Source of the DNA: Calditrichales bacterium
GTDB lineage: Bacteria; Calditrichota; Calditrichia; Calditrichales; J004
NCBI GenBank assembly: GCA_965267575.1
Contig: OZ254086.1
Span: 3,840,001-3,904,000 of the forward strand
Direction of reading: 5' to 3'
DNA length: 64,000 bases
Under the pieces are notes generated by a model that was not told the origin of the DNA, searched no databases, and saw only the letters and a list, made by a program, of their open reading frames with translations. The position numbers and the translations under genes were made by a program. Of the stretch, positions 17,548 to 25,688 are shown piece after piece. Each line of letters starts with the position of its first letter. Position 1 is the first letter of the stretch.

Positions 17548-17787
17548 ATGGATTGGATGACGCTTTTTTTCGGCGCGGTTATCGGCGCGTCGCTGGCGAT
17601 TATTTTGATCGCCGTTTTAAGCACGGGCGGCAGCATGGGCGAGGATGTGGACCGCATGTTTGACGAGGCCGAACGTGAGGCCCGGCGCGAGGTTAGCGAG
17701 TTTTACGGGGATTGCATGGAGTCGCCCGATGGTGAGGATATTTTTGTCGAGGCAGCCCAGAGCAAGCGAAGCCATGTACAGGGTTGA
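17548..17787 (+). CDS. Small membrane-anchored phage protein
   Basis: GAGG RBS, N-terminal TM (FFGAVIGASLAIILIAVL), acidic tail. Confidence 0.55.
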   Translation: MDWMTLFFGAVIGASLAIILIAVLSTGGSMGEDVDRMFDEAEREARREVSEFYGDCMESPDGEDIFVEAAQSKRSHVQG

Positions 17788-17953
17788 CGGTTTATACTTA
17801 ATGGTGCGCGATGAGCGTTTGCGCATTTTTGCTTTGCGCTTTTACGGTCCGGGCAACCGTTATGTTTACATCATGACGGAGCGCGGGGAGTTCCGGCTGA
17901 ACGCGGACAGCGTACAGGGTTTGGAGACCGCGGGAAGGGATACGGCTAACTGA
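17774..17953 (+). CDS. Hypothetical phage protein
   Basis: 59 aa from ATG 17774, overlapping both neighbours in operon fashion. Confidence 0.45.
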   Translation: MYRVDGLYLMVRDERLRIFALRFYGPGNRYVYIMTERGEFRLNADSVQGLETAGRDTAN

Positions 17954-18189
17954 TGGATGCCTACAAGAACAGGGCGCGGTTTTGGCAGCACTGCGAGACG
18001 ATAAGCGAGCTGATATTGATGGCGCATAAGCAGCCGGAAAATTTGAAGCTGCAACGGGTGGTTTTGCACGCCATTACGCACCAGATGCACGAATTAAAAC
18101 AGCCTTACAGCAATCTGCTTAACAGTTATGAGCTGCTAAGGCTGGAAACGATTGCAAAGGAGGCAAAACATGAACCGCACACGTTATGA
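17953..18189 (+). CDS. Hypothetical phage protein
   Basis: TGATG coupling with the upstream ORF. Confidence 0.5.
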   Translation: MDAYKNRARFWQHCETISELILMAHKQPENLKLQRVVLHAITHQMHELKQPYSNLLNSYELLRLETIAKEAKHEPHTL

Positions 18190-18496
18190 TATGATAATTG
18201 ATCGCGTAACTCGTGAGCGGCGGGATTTGCACATTGCCAAGAGCGACGATTACGCGACGCTGGATGTGCTGAGCAATTTTAAGCGGGTATCCGCAGCGGC
18301 TCGTGCGCTGGAGGTGGATGCCGCCACGCCGTTGGGTTACGCGCTGTTTATGATGCTGATGAAGATTGACCGGATTAACAATCTGAACGGGCGCACGCCA
18401 AAGAATGAATCTTTAAAGGATAGCTTTAAGGATTTGATGAATTACGCGGAGCTGGCGTTCGCTATTTACCAGGAGGATAGAGATGTTTGCTCATGA
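18170..18496 (+). CDS. Nucleotide-modification-associated (Nmad1/DUF1599-like) all-alpha protein
   Basis: K..DYA..D.L.NF, K..RI and ESL.DS..DL.NYA motifs; AGGAGG RBS. Confidence 0.65.
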   Translation: MNRTRYDMIIDRVTRERRDLHIAKSDDYATLDVLSNFKRVSAAARALEVDAATPLGYALFMMLMKIDRINNLNGRTPKNESLKDSFKDLMNYAELAFAIYQEDRDVCS

Positions 18497-18818
18497 TGAC
18501 ATGTCGGACAAACTGAGAAACGCCAGGTTGAACAAGGGCTTGCCGTTTGAGAAGGCGGTGATCGCTTTGCTGGAGCGCGGGATTGTGGTTTCGGTTTACA
18601 GCTACAAGGTGGCGATGAGTGTTTACGGTCGCTTTGGCGGTTTTGTGGAGTGCCGCGTTCGTCGCTACTGGGTGGCGGGGAATAGCAAGAAAAAGATGTA
18701 CGCGAATGTGTACGAGCTTCGCCCGCGTGAGGGCAGATCGTTGAGGGCGCGGATGGCGGAGCGTCTGGATGTTTCGCAATCGGATGTTGGTTTGCGCGTG
18801 GAGGCGCTGCCGAATTAG
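18483..18818 (+). CDS. HTH-like DNA-binding phage protein
   Basis: KLRNARLNKGL XRE-like start and MAERLDVSQSDV end; AGGAGG RBS. Confidence 0.5.
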   Translation: MFAHDDMSDKLRNARLNKGLPFEKAVIALLERGIVVSVYSYKVAMSVYGRFGGFVECRVRRYWVAGNSKKKMYANVYELRPREGRSLRARMAERLDVSQSDVGLRVEALPN

Positions 18819-18839
18819 GCGGCGGTTTTGGAGGCACGT

Positions 18840-19490
18840 ATGGGAACTAAGCGCCATTATTATCTGCCGGATTTGGAGGAGGAGCTGGGCATCAGTGAGG
18901 ATGCTGTGCGGGAGTTTATATCCCTGGGCATTTTGGTGCCGGACGGCTGGTATAATCCGGATATACAGATCCGCATTAATAAGGAGGGTTTGGGTGCTGC
19001 CTGCTGGCTGGATTTTGAGGTTGAGCGCTTTCAGAAGATGCTGCGCCTGGCGCATAGGCAGCACGTTCCGCTGATGGCCCGGATGGAGGCGTTGGTACAT
19101 TCGCACCTTAATGATTTTGGCGAGAAGCTGAAGCAGCTGCAGCGCGATATGGATAAGGTGAGCGGACACATGCACCAGCTGCGTCGCGATGTGTTTAAGA
19201 ATGAGCAGATGGTGGACCTGAATTATTTTTGTAAGCTGACCGGGTATAAGCATCAGACGGTTTTGAATAACCGTGAGTATATGAACGCGGAGCATACGAT
19301 GATGCGGTTGCAGTTTAATGCTTATAAGGATTTGATCTGGTATAAGATCAAGGGCAAGTGGCAGGCCAGCTACGGCGAGCTGATGGAGTTGCGGCGCCAT
19401 TTTACTTATGAGCTGTACCTGGACGAGCGCAAGCGCAAAGGGGATTACATCCCCAAGATGAAGGTTGATTTTAACAAGATGGATATATGA
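18840..19490 (+). CDS. Protein with two MerR/excisionase-like winged-HTH domains joined by a coiled coil
   Basis: YYLPDLEEELGISEDAVREFISLGILVP and MVDLNYFCKLTGYKHQTVLN...WYKIKGKW; GGAGG RBS. Confidence 0.55.
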   Translation: MGTKRHYYLPDLEEELGISEDAVREFISLGILVPDGWYNPDIQIRINKEGLGAACWLDFEVERFQKMLRLAHRQHVPLMARMEALVHSHLNDFGEKLKQLQRDMDKVSGHMHQLRRDVFKNEQMVDLNYFCKLTGYKHQTVLNNREYMNAEHTMMRLQFNAYKDLIWYKIKGKWQASYGELMELRRHFTYELYLDERKRKGDYIPKMKVDFNKMDI

Positions 19491-19687
19491 GCATGAAACA
19501 TTACAGGGTGTTTTTTGAGAAGGCGCGGAAAAAACAAGATGTAAAGTGTCGCTTGACAGTTTGCCGGCGACCTAAGCGGAAAGCTTCGCGCGACCAATAT
19601 TTACGGGGCTTAGTTGATGTTTACAGGTTTCAGATTGCGCAACATATCGATAACGAAAAAGCATATAAGGAGAGTATTTATGGCTAA
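19487..19687 (+). CDS. Hypothetical basic phage protein
   Basis: 66 aa, ATGA overlap with the upstream gene. Confidence 0.4.
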   Translation: MSMKHYRVFFEKARKKQDVKCRLTVCRRPKRKASRDQYLRGLVDVYRFQIAQHIDNEKAYKESIYG

Positions 19688-19904
19688 GAGATTTTTGAGC
19701 AAGCAGGAATTTGAGTCGCGGTTGCTATCCGCTGGATTCAGCATTTTGCGTCCTCAGATAGATGACGGTTCTCCGGTGATCCAGATCAAGGAACCGAAGT
19801 CGAAGCGCTGGAAGGATTACCAGCGTGGTTTTGATTCTCAGGATCACATGGAGGCGACGCTTTCGGCGGTGATCCGCGAGCACAAGAATTTCGTGGTATT
19901 GTAA
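19680..19904 (+). CDS. Hypothetical phage protein (last prophage ORF before dif)
   Basis: AAGGAG RBS before ATG 19680; 74 aa. Confidence 0.55.
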   Translation: MAKRFLSKQEFESRLLSAGFSILRPQIDDGSPVIQIKEPKSKRWKDYQRGFDSQDHMEATLSAVIREHKNFVVL

Positions 19905-20002
19905 ACGTAATATGAAAGTAGGTTTCGGTAGGTTGTTTAACCTGCAAACGGCGTTAGGTTTGTGCTTTTTGGGTGTACGGGAGTGCAAAGAAGGTTAAGA
20001 TT

Positions 20003-20030
20003 TTGTTGTATAATATACATTATGTAAACT
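20003..20030 (+). other. dif: dif-like XerC/XerD recombination site (probable chromosomal dif and prophage attR)
   Basis: TTGTTGTATAA-TATACA-TTATGTAAACT. The 11-6-11 layout has ATAA/TTAT inner symmetry, and the right arm matches the Bacillus subtilis dif XerD(RipX) arm as I recall it. Intergenic, at the point where gene orientation and GC skew flip. Confidence 0.85.
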
Positions 20031-20177
20031 TATTACAGTGGCAAATGCCCTTCTTCCATGATTTAAAGGAACTGTTTCAAGATTTCTATAAGCGTGTTGG
20101 AAATTGTGGAAACCGTTTAGATTGGATTGCCGTTTTTCTTTTTGATAACTTCTGTAGAAACATAAAGGAGAATAAAG

Positions 20178-20384
20178 ATGGACAAAGATGCATTAGCCGC
20201 AGAATTTGTAAAAATATACCTGGCGAAGCACGGCAATCATTTGCCCGACGATCCGGATAAGGCTTTTGAATTTATAAACGGATTGCACAAAAAATTCAAA
20301 AACAAAATGATTACCGATCTAAAGAATAAAAGCGAACGTTTTGTCGATCGCTACTTCGATGATAAGGATGATAAATACCTATAA
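20178..20384 (+). CDS. Hypothetical protein
   Basis: 68 aa, AAGGAG RBS, AT-rich, followed by a terminator. Confidence 0.6.
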   Translation: MDKDALAAEFVKIYLAKHGNHLPDDPDKAFEFINGLHKKFKNKMITDLKNKSERFVDRYFDDKDDKYL

Positions 20385-20409
20385 TTTATATTGGAACGTT
20401 TTGTTTATT

Positions 20410-20443
20410 AAAAAGGGCGGCAATGACCGCCCTTTCTTTTTTT
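20410..20443. terminator. Bidirectional rho-independent terminator
   Basis: AAAAAGGGCGG-CAATGA-CCGCCCTTTCTTTTTTT between convergent genes. Confidence 0.75.
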
Positions 20444-20522
20444 CGGCTAGAATTCGCTAAAATCATCATCATCTAATTTAATGACTACTTTACCATTAAG
20501 TGAGAATCTTAGAAAGCTGTCG

Positions 20523-21389
20523 TCAGGTTAATATCCAGGCGCCATAAATTATTAACAATACGCCGGCGGATGTAAGCAGAATACTGCCCTCTTTAAACCA
20601 TATAAAACCCGCCAGGGCGCTTATGACAACACCGGCGCGTTTCAAGGCAATTACCGGTGCGACAGTCGTTAACATAATCGCGTTAAACTGCGAATAGGCC
20701 ATCAGGGCCGTGAAGATACCAAGCAGGGAGAGAAGCGAAATTTGGGTCCATGAAAGACGTTCCAGTATTCTTACATTGCTTTTAAACACGCTTATCAAAA
20801 TAAATGCAACACCCAGCAGAAAGTGAATCCATACAGCGTATGTAAGAGGATTGGACGCCCGGATAGCAACTTTTTCGTAAGTTGCAGAGATGCTCCAGAT
20901 AGCGGCTACAAAAAGCGCCAATAAAACGCCTCTTCTTTCCGCTGCCGCCCCACTGCCCTGTGGTTTTTTGCTAAACAAATTTCGCCCCTGCAAAAACAGA
21001 CATCCTACAACGATAACAAAAATACCCAGAATTTCTTTTTCGCTCAGCGTTTCACCTAAAACAAGCCAGCCGCTGATTGTAATGAAAAGGGGCGTAAGAT
21101 TAAAAAACGGTGCCACGCGCGATATGGGAGCTGTTTTTAGTACATAGACCAAAAAAGAAAAAGCGACAATATTGATCAGGAAAGATATGGAAGTTGCCTT
21201 GATAAAATTTGCCGTATCCGTTATTTCATACCCGGATAGCGCCGGCGGAAACAGCAGTATGGCAGCAATACCAAACAGGAAGGCTAGCAACAGGTATTGA
21301 TTATACCTGGCTGAAAGTATTTTAATTAATGTTGTCTGAAGGCCAAAGAAAAGACCCGTCGCCAGAGATAACAGGAACCAGTATTCCAC
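20523..21389 (-). CDS. EamA/DMT family transporter
   Basis: 288 aa, about 10 TM segments in two repeats; APISRVAP and LGETLS motifs. Confidence 0.88.
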   Translation of the reverse strand: MEYWFLLSLATGLFFGLQTTLIKILSARYNQYLLLAFLFGIAAILLFPPALSGYEITDTANFIKATSISFLINIVAFSFLVYVLKTAPISRVAPFFNLTPLFITISGWLVLGETLSEKEILGIFVIVVGCLFLQGRNLFSKKPQGSGAAAERRGVLLALFVAAIWSISATYEKVAIRASNPLTYAVWIHFLLGVAFILISVFKSNVRILERLSWTQISLLSLLGIFTALMAYSQFNAIMLTTVAPVIALKRAGVVISALAGFIWFKEGSILLTSAGVLLIIYGAWILT

Positions 21390-21398
21390 AAAACCCCG

Positions 21399-21599
21399 CT
21401 AACGATGGGCCTTTTTTTCCTTCTGCTCGTCAAAGGAGACACCTTTTATCTTTTCATAAAGCTCTTCGCGGTATATCTCGATCGCACGCGGCGCCTCGAT
21501 ACCCAGCTTAACCTGGTTCCCATCGATCTCAACAACAATTATTTTAACATCGTCGCCGATGGTGATGGCTTCTCCCAACCTCCGTGTCAAAACTAACAT
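21399..21599 (-). CDS. csrA: Carbon storage regulator CsrA
   Basis: [20 protein letters not shown]...VKLGIEAPR...REE signature. Confidence 0.97.
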   Translation of the reverse strand: MLVLTRRLGEAITIGDDVKIIVVEIDGNQVKLGIEAPRAIEIYREELYEKIKGVSFDEQKEKKAHR

Positions 21600-21618
21600 G
21601 GGGCAACCTCCCTTTTGG

Positions 21619-22410
21619 TTAAACGTTCCATTTGGGTTTTCTCTTTTCTAAAAATGCGCTAACACCTTCCAGGAAATCGTCGCTTTGACGATATTCCGCG
21701 TTTAGTTTTGCCAGCTTCTCCATATCTCCACCGATACCCGCATAACGAAAATCGTTAAGTATCTCCTTGGTTTTGCTTATGGCAAACGGCGAGTTCTTCT
21801 GCAATTTTTGAGACAAGGCTGCGGCTTCTTCTTCTATATCTTCCTGCCTGCAAACTTTGTTTATCAGACCGGCCTGCAGCGCCTCTTCCGCATCGAGCAA
21901 ACGCCCGCTGATCAGCAGGTCGCGTGCTTTGCGTTCCCCTATCTGGCGCACAAGAAACGATGAAACCATAGCGGCCACAAACCCGATCTTAACCTCCGGA
22001 TAGCCAAACTTTGCTTCGCTGCCGGCCAAGATAAAATCACACACGGCCGCTAAACCGCAACCGCCCGCCACAGCGGGACCTTGCACAACGGCAATAACCG
22101 GTCGCGGGAATTTCAATATTTTCAAATAGAGATCGGCCAGGTTTTTTGAATCACGCAGGTTTTCATTGTAGCTGTTGTCACGCAAACCCTTCATATACTC
22201 CAGATCCGCGCCGCTACAAAACGCCGGGCCCGCACCGCGCAGAGCCACTACTTTTAATTCAGGTACTGTCGCCAGCCAGTCGAAACACTTATGCAGTTCG
22301 TCGATCAAAGTAGCATTTAGGGCATTTCGCTTTTCAGGGCGATTCAAAACTACGTCACAATGCGCCTCTTTCAGTTCAACGATCAGACTGCTAAATTCAG
22401 GCTTTTTCAT
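21619..22410 (-). CDS. Enoyl-CoA hydratase/isomerase (methylglutaconyl-CoA hydratase-like)
   Basis: [25 protein letters not shown] and PEVKIG crotonase motifs; next to the carboxyltransferase gene. Confidence 0.9.
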   Translation of the reverse strand: MKKPEFSSLIVELKEAHCDVVLNRPEKRNALNATLIDELHKCFDWLATVPELKVVALRGAGPAFCSGADLEYMKGLRDNSYNENLRDSKNLADLYLKILKFPRPVIAVVQGPAVAGGCGLAAVCDFILAGSEAKFGYPEVKIGFVAAMVSSFLVRQIGERKARDLLISGRLLDAEEALQAGLINKVCRQEDIEEEAAALSQKLQKNSPFAISKTKEILNDFRYAGIGGDMEKLAKLNAEYRQSDDFLEGVSAFLEKRKPKWNV

Positions 22411-24086
22411 GTTTGCAGAACACCCGGGCTAAAAATTTTTCTCTTAATTTCGGGATTGCGGGATACCGCGTCCAGCGCAACGATCAACCTGTCCCGCGTT
22501 TCCTCAGGCAAGATTATTTCATCGACCCATAACCGCGCGGCGGCATAGCGGCTATCTGTTTCGCTTTCATAGCGGCTTTTTATAGAATCGAACAGCTCTT
22601 TTTTCTCTTTGTCGCTAAGATGCTGCCCTTCTTTTTCCAGTTGTTTGAGTTTAAGTCCCAGCAGCGTGTTGGCCGCCTGCGCGCCACCCATAACGGCGTA
22701 TTTAGCGGATGGCCAGGCAAAAATAAAGTTAGGCGAATAAGCTTTGCCGCACATGGCGTAGTTACCGGCACCAAAACTGCCGCCGATAATAAGCGAAATT
22801 TTTGGTACCACCGAATTGGAGACTGCATTTACCATCTTGGCCCCGGCCTTGATGATACCGCTTTGTTCGGCATCGCGGCCAACCATAAAGCCGTTCACGT
22901 CGTGGATAAAGAGCAGCGGTATCTTGTTTTGATTGCAATCCATAATAAAGCGTGCGGCCTTCTTGGCGCTCTCCGTATAGATCACACCGCCAAACTGCGG
23001 CGGGCTTCCTTTTTTCATAATATGCTTCTTCTGATTGGCAATAATGCCCACGGGATAACCGCCGATGTGGGCATAGCCGCAAAGCAGCGTTTTGCCATAG
23101 CCCGCCTTGTATTCCACAAATTCAGCATCATCCACAATGCGGGCCAGTACATCATAGCAATCGTATTCTTTATGTGCATCAACCGGTACTATGCCGCACA
23201 ATTCGCTGCTTACATAGCGAGGCTCCCGGGATTCTATGCGCCGGACGCCGGCATCCTCCCTGTCGCCCATCTGCCGCACCAGTTTCCTCATTCTTTTTAT
23301 CGTCGCCGGATCGTCTTTTTCCTTAAAATCAATTGTTCCGCTTATCTCGGAGTGCATGGTGGCACCACCAAGATCCTCGGCGCTTATCACCTGGCCGATG
23401 GCCGCTTTAACCAGCGCCGGACCCGCCAAAAAAAGACCGCTTCCTTCCGTCATGAGTATTTTATCGGTCATCACCGGAAGGTAAGCGCCGCCGGCCACGC
23501 ACATCCCCATAATAGCGGTGATCTGCGGGATGCCTTTGGCGGACATACGGGCATTCAGATAAAACACCCGCCCAAAATCATCCTGATCGGGGAAGACGTC
23601 TTCCTGAAGCGGCAGGAATATCCCCGCGGAGTCAACCAGGTAAAGCGTCGGGATATGGTTCTGATAAGCAATTGTTTGTGCGCGGATAACTTTTTTGGCC
23701 GTCATCGGAAAAAAAGAGCCGGCCTTTACGGTAGCGTCGTTGGCAATAATCATACACAGCCGGTCATGCACATACCCGATGCCGGCAACCGTTCCGGCGG
23801 ATGGCGCACCGCCCCACTCTTCATACATTCCCCAGGCCGCGAACGTGGAAAGCTCGCTGAAAACACTGCCTTCATCTATCAGCAGATCAATGCGTTCCCG
23901 AGCGGTTAAACGATTCTTTTTATGCTGGCGCTCAATATTTGCTTTTCCGCCGCCCTGTCTTATCAGGAGACGTTGTTTGCGGATTTCCTCGCAAAGAGCC
24001 GTCCATTTTTTATTGAGCGTTTTAAAAGATGATGATGACGTATCGACAGAGCTGTCTATGAAATCACTTCGGGAAGACTGAGCCAA
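22407..24086 (-). CDS. Acyl-CoA carboxylase beta subunit (methylcrotonyl-CoA carboxylase-like)
   Basis: LTARERI, ANDATVKAG, CVAGGAY, GGSFGAGNYAMCG and YAAARLWVD. Confidence 0.92.
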   Translation of the reverse strand: MAQSSRSDFIDSSVDTSSSSFKTLNKKWTALCEEIRKQRLLIRQGGGKANIERQHKKNRLTARERIDLLIDEGSVFSELSTFAAWGMYEEWGGAPSAGTVAGIGYVHDRLCMIIANDATVKAGSFFPMTAKKVIRAQTIAYQNHIPTLYLVDSAGIFLPLQEDVFPDQDDFGRVFYLNARMSAKGIPQITAIMGMCVAGGAYLPVMTDKILMTEGSGLFLAGPALVKAAIGQVISAEDLGGATMHSEISGTIDFKEKDDPATIKRMRKLVRQMGDREDAGVRRIESREPRYVSSELCGIVPVDAHKEYDCYDVLARIVDDAEFVEYKAGYGKTLLCGYAHIGGYPVGIIANQKKHIMKKGSPPQFGGVIYTESAKKAARFIMDCNQNKIPLLFIHDVNGFMVGRDAEQSGIIKAGAKMVNAVSNSVVPKISLIIGGSFGAGNYAMCGKAYSPNFIFAWPSAKYAVMGGAQAANTLLGLKLKQLEKEGQHLSDKEKKELFDSIKSRYESETDSRYAAARLWVDEIILPEETRDRLIVALDAVSRNPEIKRKIFSPGVLQT

Positions 24087-24254
24087 ATCTCCTCCTTGAT
24101 GGCTTTGATCGCAGGATCCGCCAATGGCGGAATAATTGAATCTATGTGATCAAGATATACTTATAGTTGATGTGTTGAAATTTATCATTTTAGGTCACGA
24201 AGTCAAGGAAAGTTTTATTTTACTAAATTCAAAAATTTCAATCTGTTGCAGCCG

Positions 24255-24848
24255 TCATAGCTGAAGCTGATCTATCATATCTTTTTGCAGCGCAACGATA
24301 AATTCCGGCTTGCGGATAGAAAAAGGGATCAACGGTACATTTTGCAGGTCGCGGCTCCATTCGTTAAGCCGCTTTTGTAACAACCCCGACGTTATTTTAT
24401 CGGTTTTGCTGAGAACGATTTTAAACGGCAAAGCTTTTAATGCAAGCCATTCCAGCATTTGCATATCCAGGGCCATTCGCTCATGGCGCGAATCTACAAG
24501 AACGTAAATGCATTTCAGCTCTTTGTTGTCAAGCAGATAGCCTTCTATCATCTGCTGCCATTTAACCTGCTCTTGTTGCGAAAGCCGGGCAAATCCATAA
24601 CCCGGCAAGTCCACGCAGTAGAACTTTTCGCTTACGGAATAGAAATTGATCACCCTGGTTTTGCCGGGGCTGGATGAAATTTTGGCCATATTCTTCCTGC
24701 CAAAAACGGCATTCAGCAAAGACGACTTACCAACATTGGAACGCCCCACAAAAGCAAATTCTGTCATCGCCGGTAGGGGCTTTTGTTTATGATCGGTAAT
24801 ACTTTTTATAAAGGTGACGGACGAAAACAGCGGCTTTTTCTTTTTCAT
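24255..24848 (-). CDS. engB: Ribosome biogenesis GTPase EngB/YihA/YsxC
   Basis: GRSNVGKSSLLN, SSSPGKTR, DLPGYG and SKTDK. Confidence 0.96.
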   Translation of the reverse strand: MKKKKPLFSSVTFIKSITDHKQKPLPAMTEFAFVGRSNVGKSSLLNAVFGRKNMAKISSSPGKTRVINFYSVSEKFYCVDLPGYGFARLSQQEQVKWQQMIEGYLLDNKELKCIYVLVDSRHERMALDMQMLEWLALKALPFKIVLSKTDKITSGLLQKRLNEWSRDLQNVPLIPFSIRKPEFIVALQKDMIDQLQL

Positions 24849-24853
24849 AATAT

Positions 24854-24885
24854 AAAAAAGGCATGCCCTTGCCAGACATGCCTTT
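24854..24885 (-). terminator. Rho-independent terminator after trxA
   Basis: AAAGGCATG...CATGCCTTTTTT on the minus strand. Confidence 0.6.
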
Positions 24886-24904
24886 GACTAAAATCTTTCT
24901 TTTT

Positions 24905-25228
<324 letters not shown>

Positions 25229-25256
25229 CTTAATTCCTCCTGAGAAAAAAGTCTGT

Positions 25257-25688
25257 TTATTCAATTATCTCCGCCGTTATTTGCGCGGTACCGCTCCGGA
25301 TCATATCCAGCTTTTCTGCCGCAGCATAGGATACATCCAGAATACGTCCTCTAACAAAAGGACCACGGTCATTAATCCGCACAACAACCGATTTGTCGTT
25401 TTCAAGATTTGTTACTTTCAAGACTGTTCCGAAAGGTAACTCCTTATGGGCAGCCGTAAGAGCATGCATGTCAAAAACTTCGCCGCTGGCCGTCTTTTTT
25501 CCGTGGAATTTGGCTCCGTAATAGGAACATTCACCACGCAAAATTGTGGCCGTGCTTCCCAGGTTTCTTCTATCAAAACCGCTATTGATATTGCGTACCG
25601 GGCGTCCGGCCATGCATTGCGTAAGCATCACCAGCACACATGCCAGCAGAATAATACTATTCTTCTTCTTGTTCTTCCGGGTTTTCAG
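25257..25688 (-). CDS. rlpA: Septal ring lytic transglycosylase RlpA lipoprotein (probable CTG start)
   Basis: SYYG.KFHGKKTASGE, TAAHKELPFGT and RINDRGPF. Extending to CTG 25688 gives an AGGAG RBS and a full lipoprotein signal. Confidence 0.9.
   Translation of the reverse strand: MKTRKNKKKNSIILLACVLVMLTQCMAGRPVRNINSGFDRRNLGSTATILRGECSYYGAKFHGKKTASGEVFDMHALTAAHKELPFGTVLKVTNLENDKSVVVRINDRGPFVRGRILDVSYAAAEKLDMIRSGTAQITAEIIE

Larger units (their letters stand above)
1..20030. mobile_element. Temperate siphovirus-like prophage (right part; left end outside window), bounded on the right by a dif-like site
   Basis: Contiguous neck, tail, tape-measure, fibre, holin-like, cI/cro/cII and early small ORFs. 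Phage-type genes stop at 19904 and housekeeping genes start after 20500. Confidence 0.92.

Noticed and set aside
17312..17548. 78-aa ORF after cII as a protein-coding gene
   Set aside because: It has low-complexity Ala/Pro/Gly content and coincides with two strong hairpins, so it is better explained as structured RNA. A short peptide is not excluded.
17859..17869. TTATGTTTACA as a second XerD-like arm
   Set aside because: It is inside a coding region, and the upstream bases show no XerC-like arm or ATAA symmetry.
18462..19400. 312-aa minus-strand ORF
   Set aside because: It is an antisense shadow of + strand phage genes that have good RBSs; its His/Gln/Leu-rich composition is typical of such shadows.
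15767..19904. Mu-like transposable phage (repressor-ner-transposase layout)
   Set aside because: No DDE transposase or MuB-type ATPase follows the cro/ner-like gene.
22620..23909. 429-aa plus-strand ORF, and similar long antisense ORFs at 3061-4041, 4967-5881, 32078-33166 and 43238-44101
   Set aside because: They are antisense to confidently identified genes and have no recognisable motifs.
24117..24131. Short palindrome TCCGCCAATGGCGGA upstream of the carboxylase gene
   Set aside because: A single short copy; it could be a small genomic repeat or operator, but this window cannot support a call.
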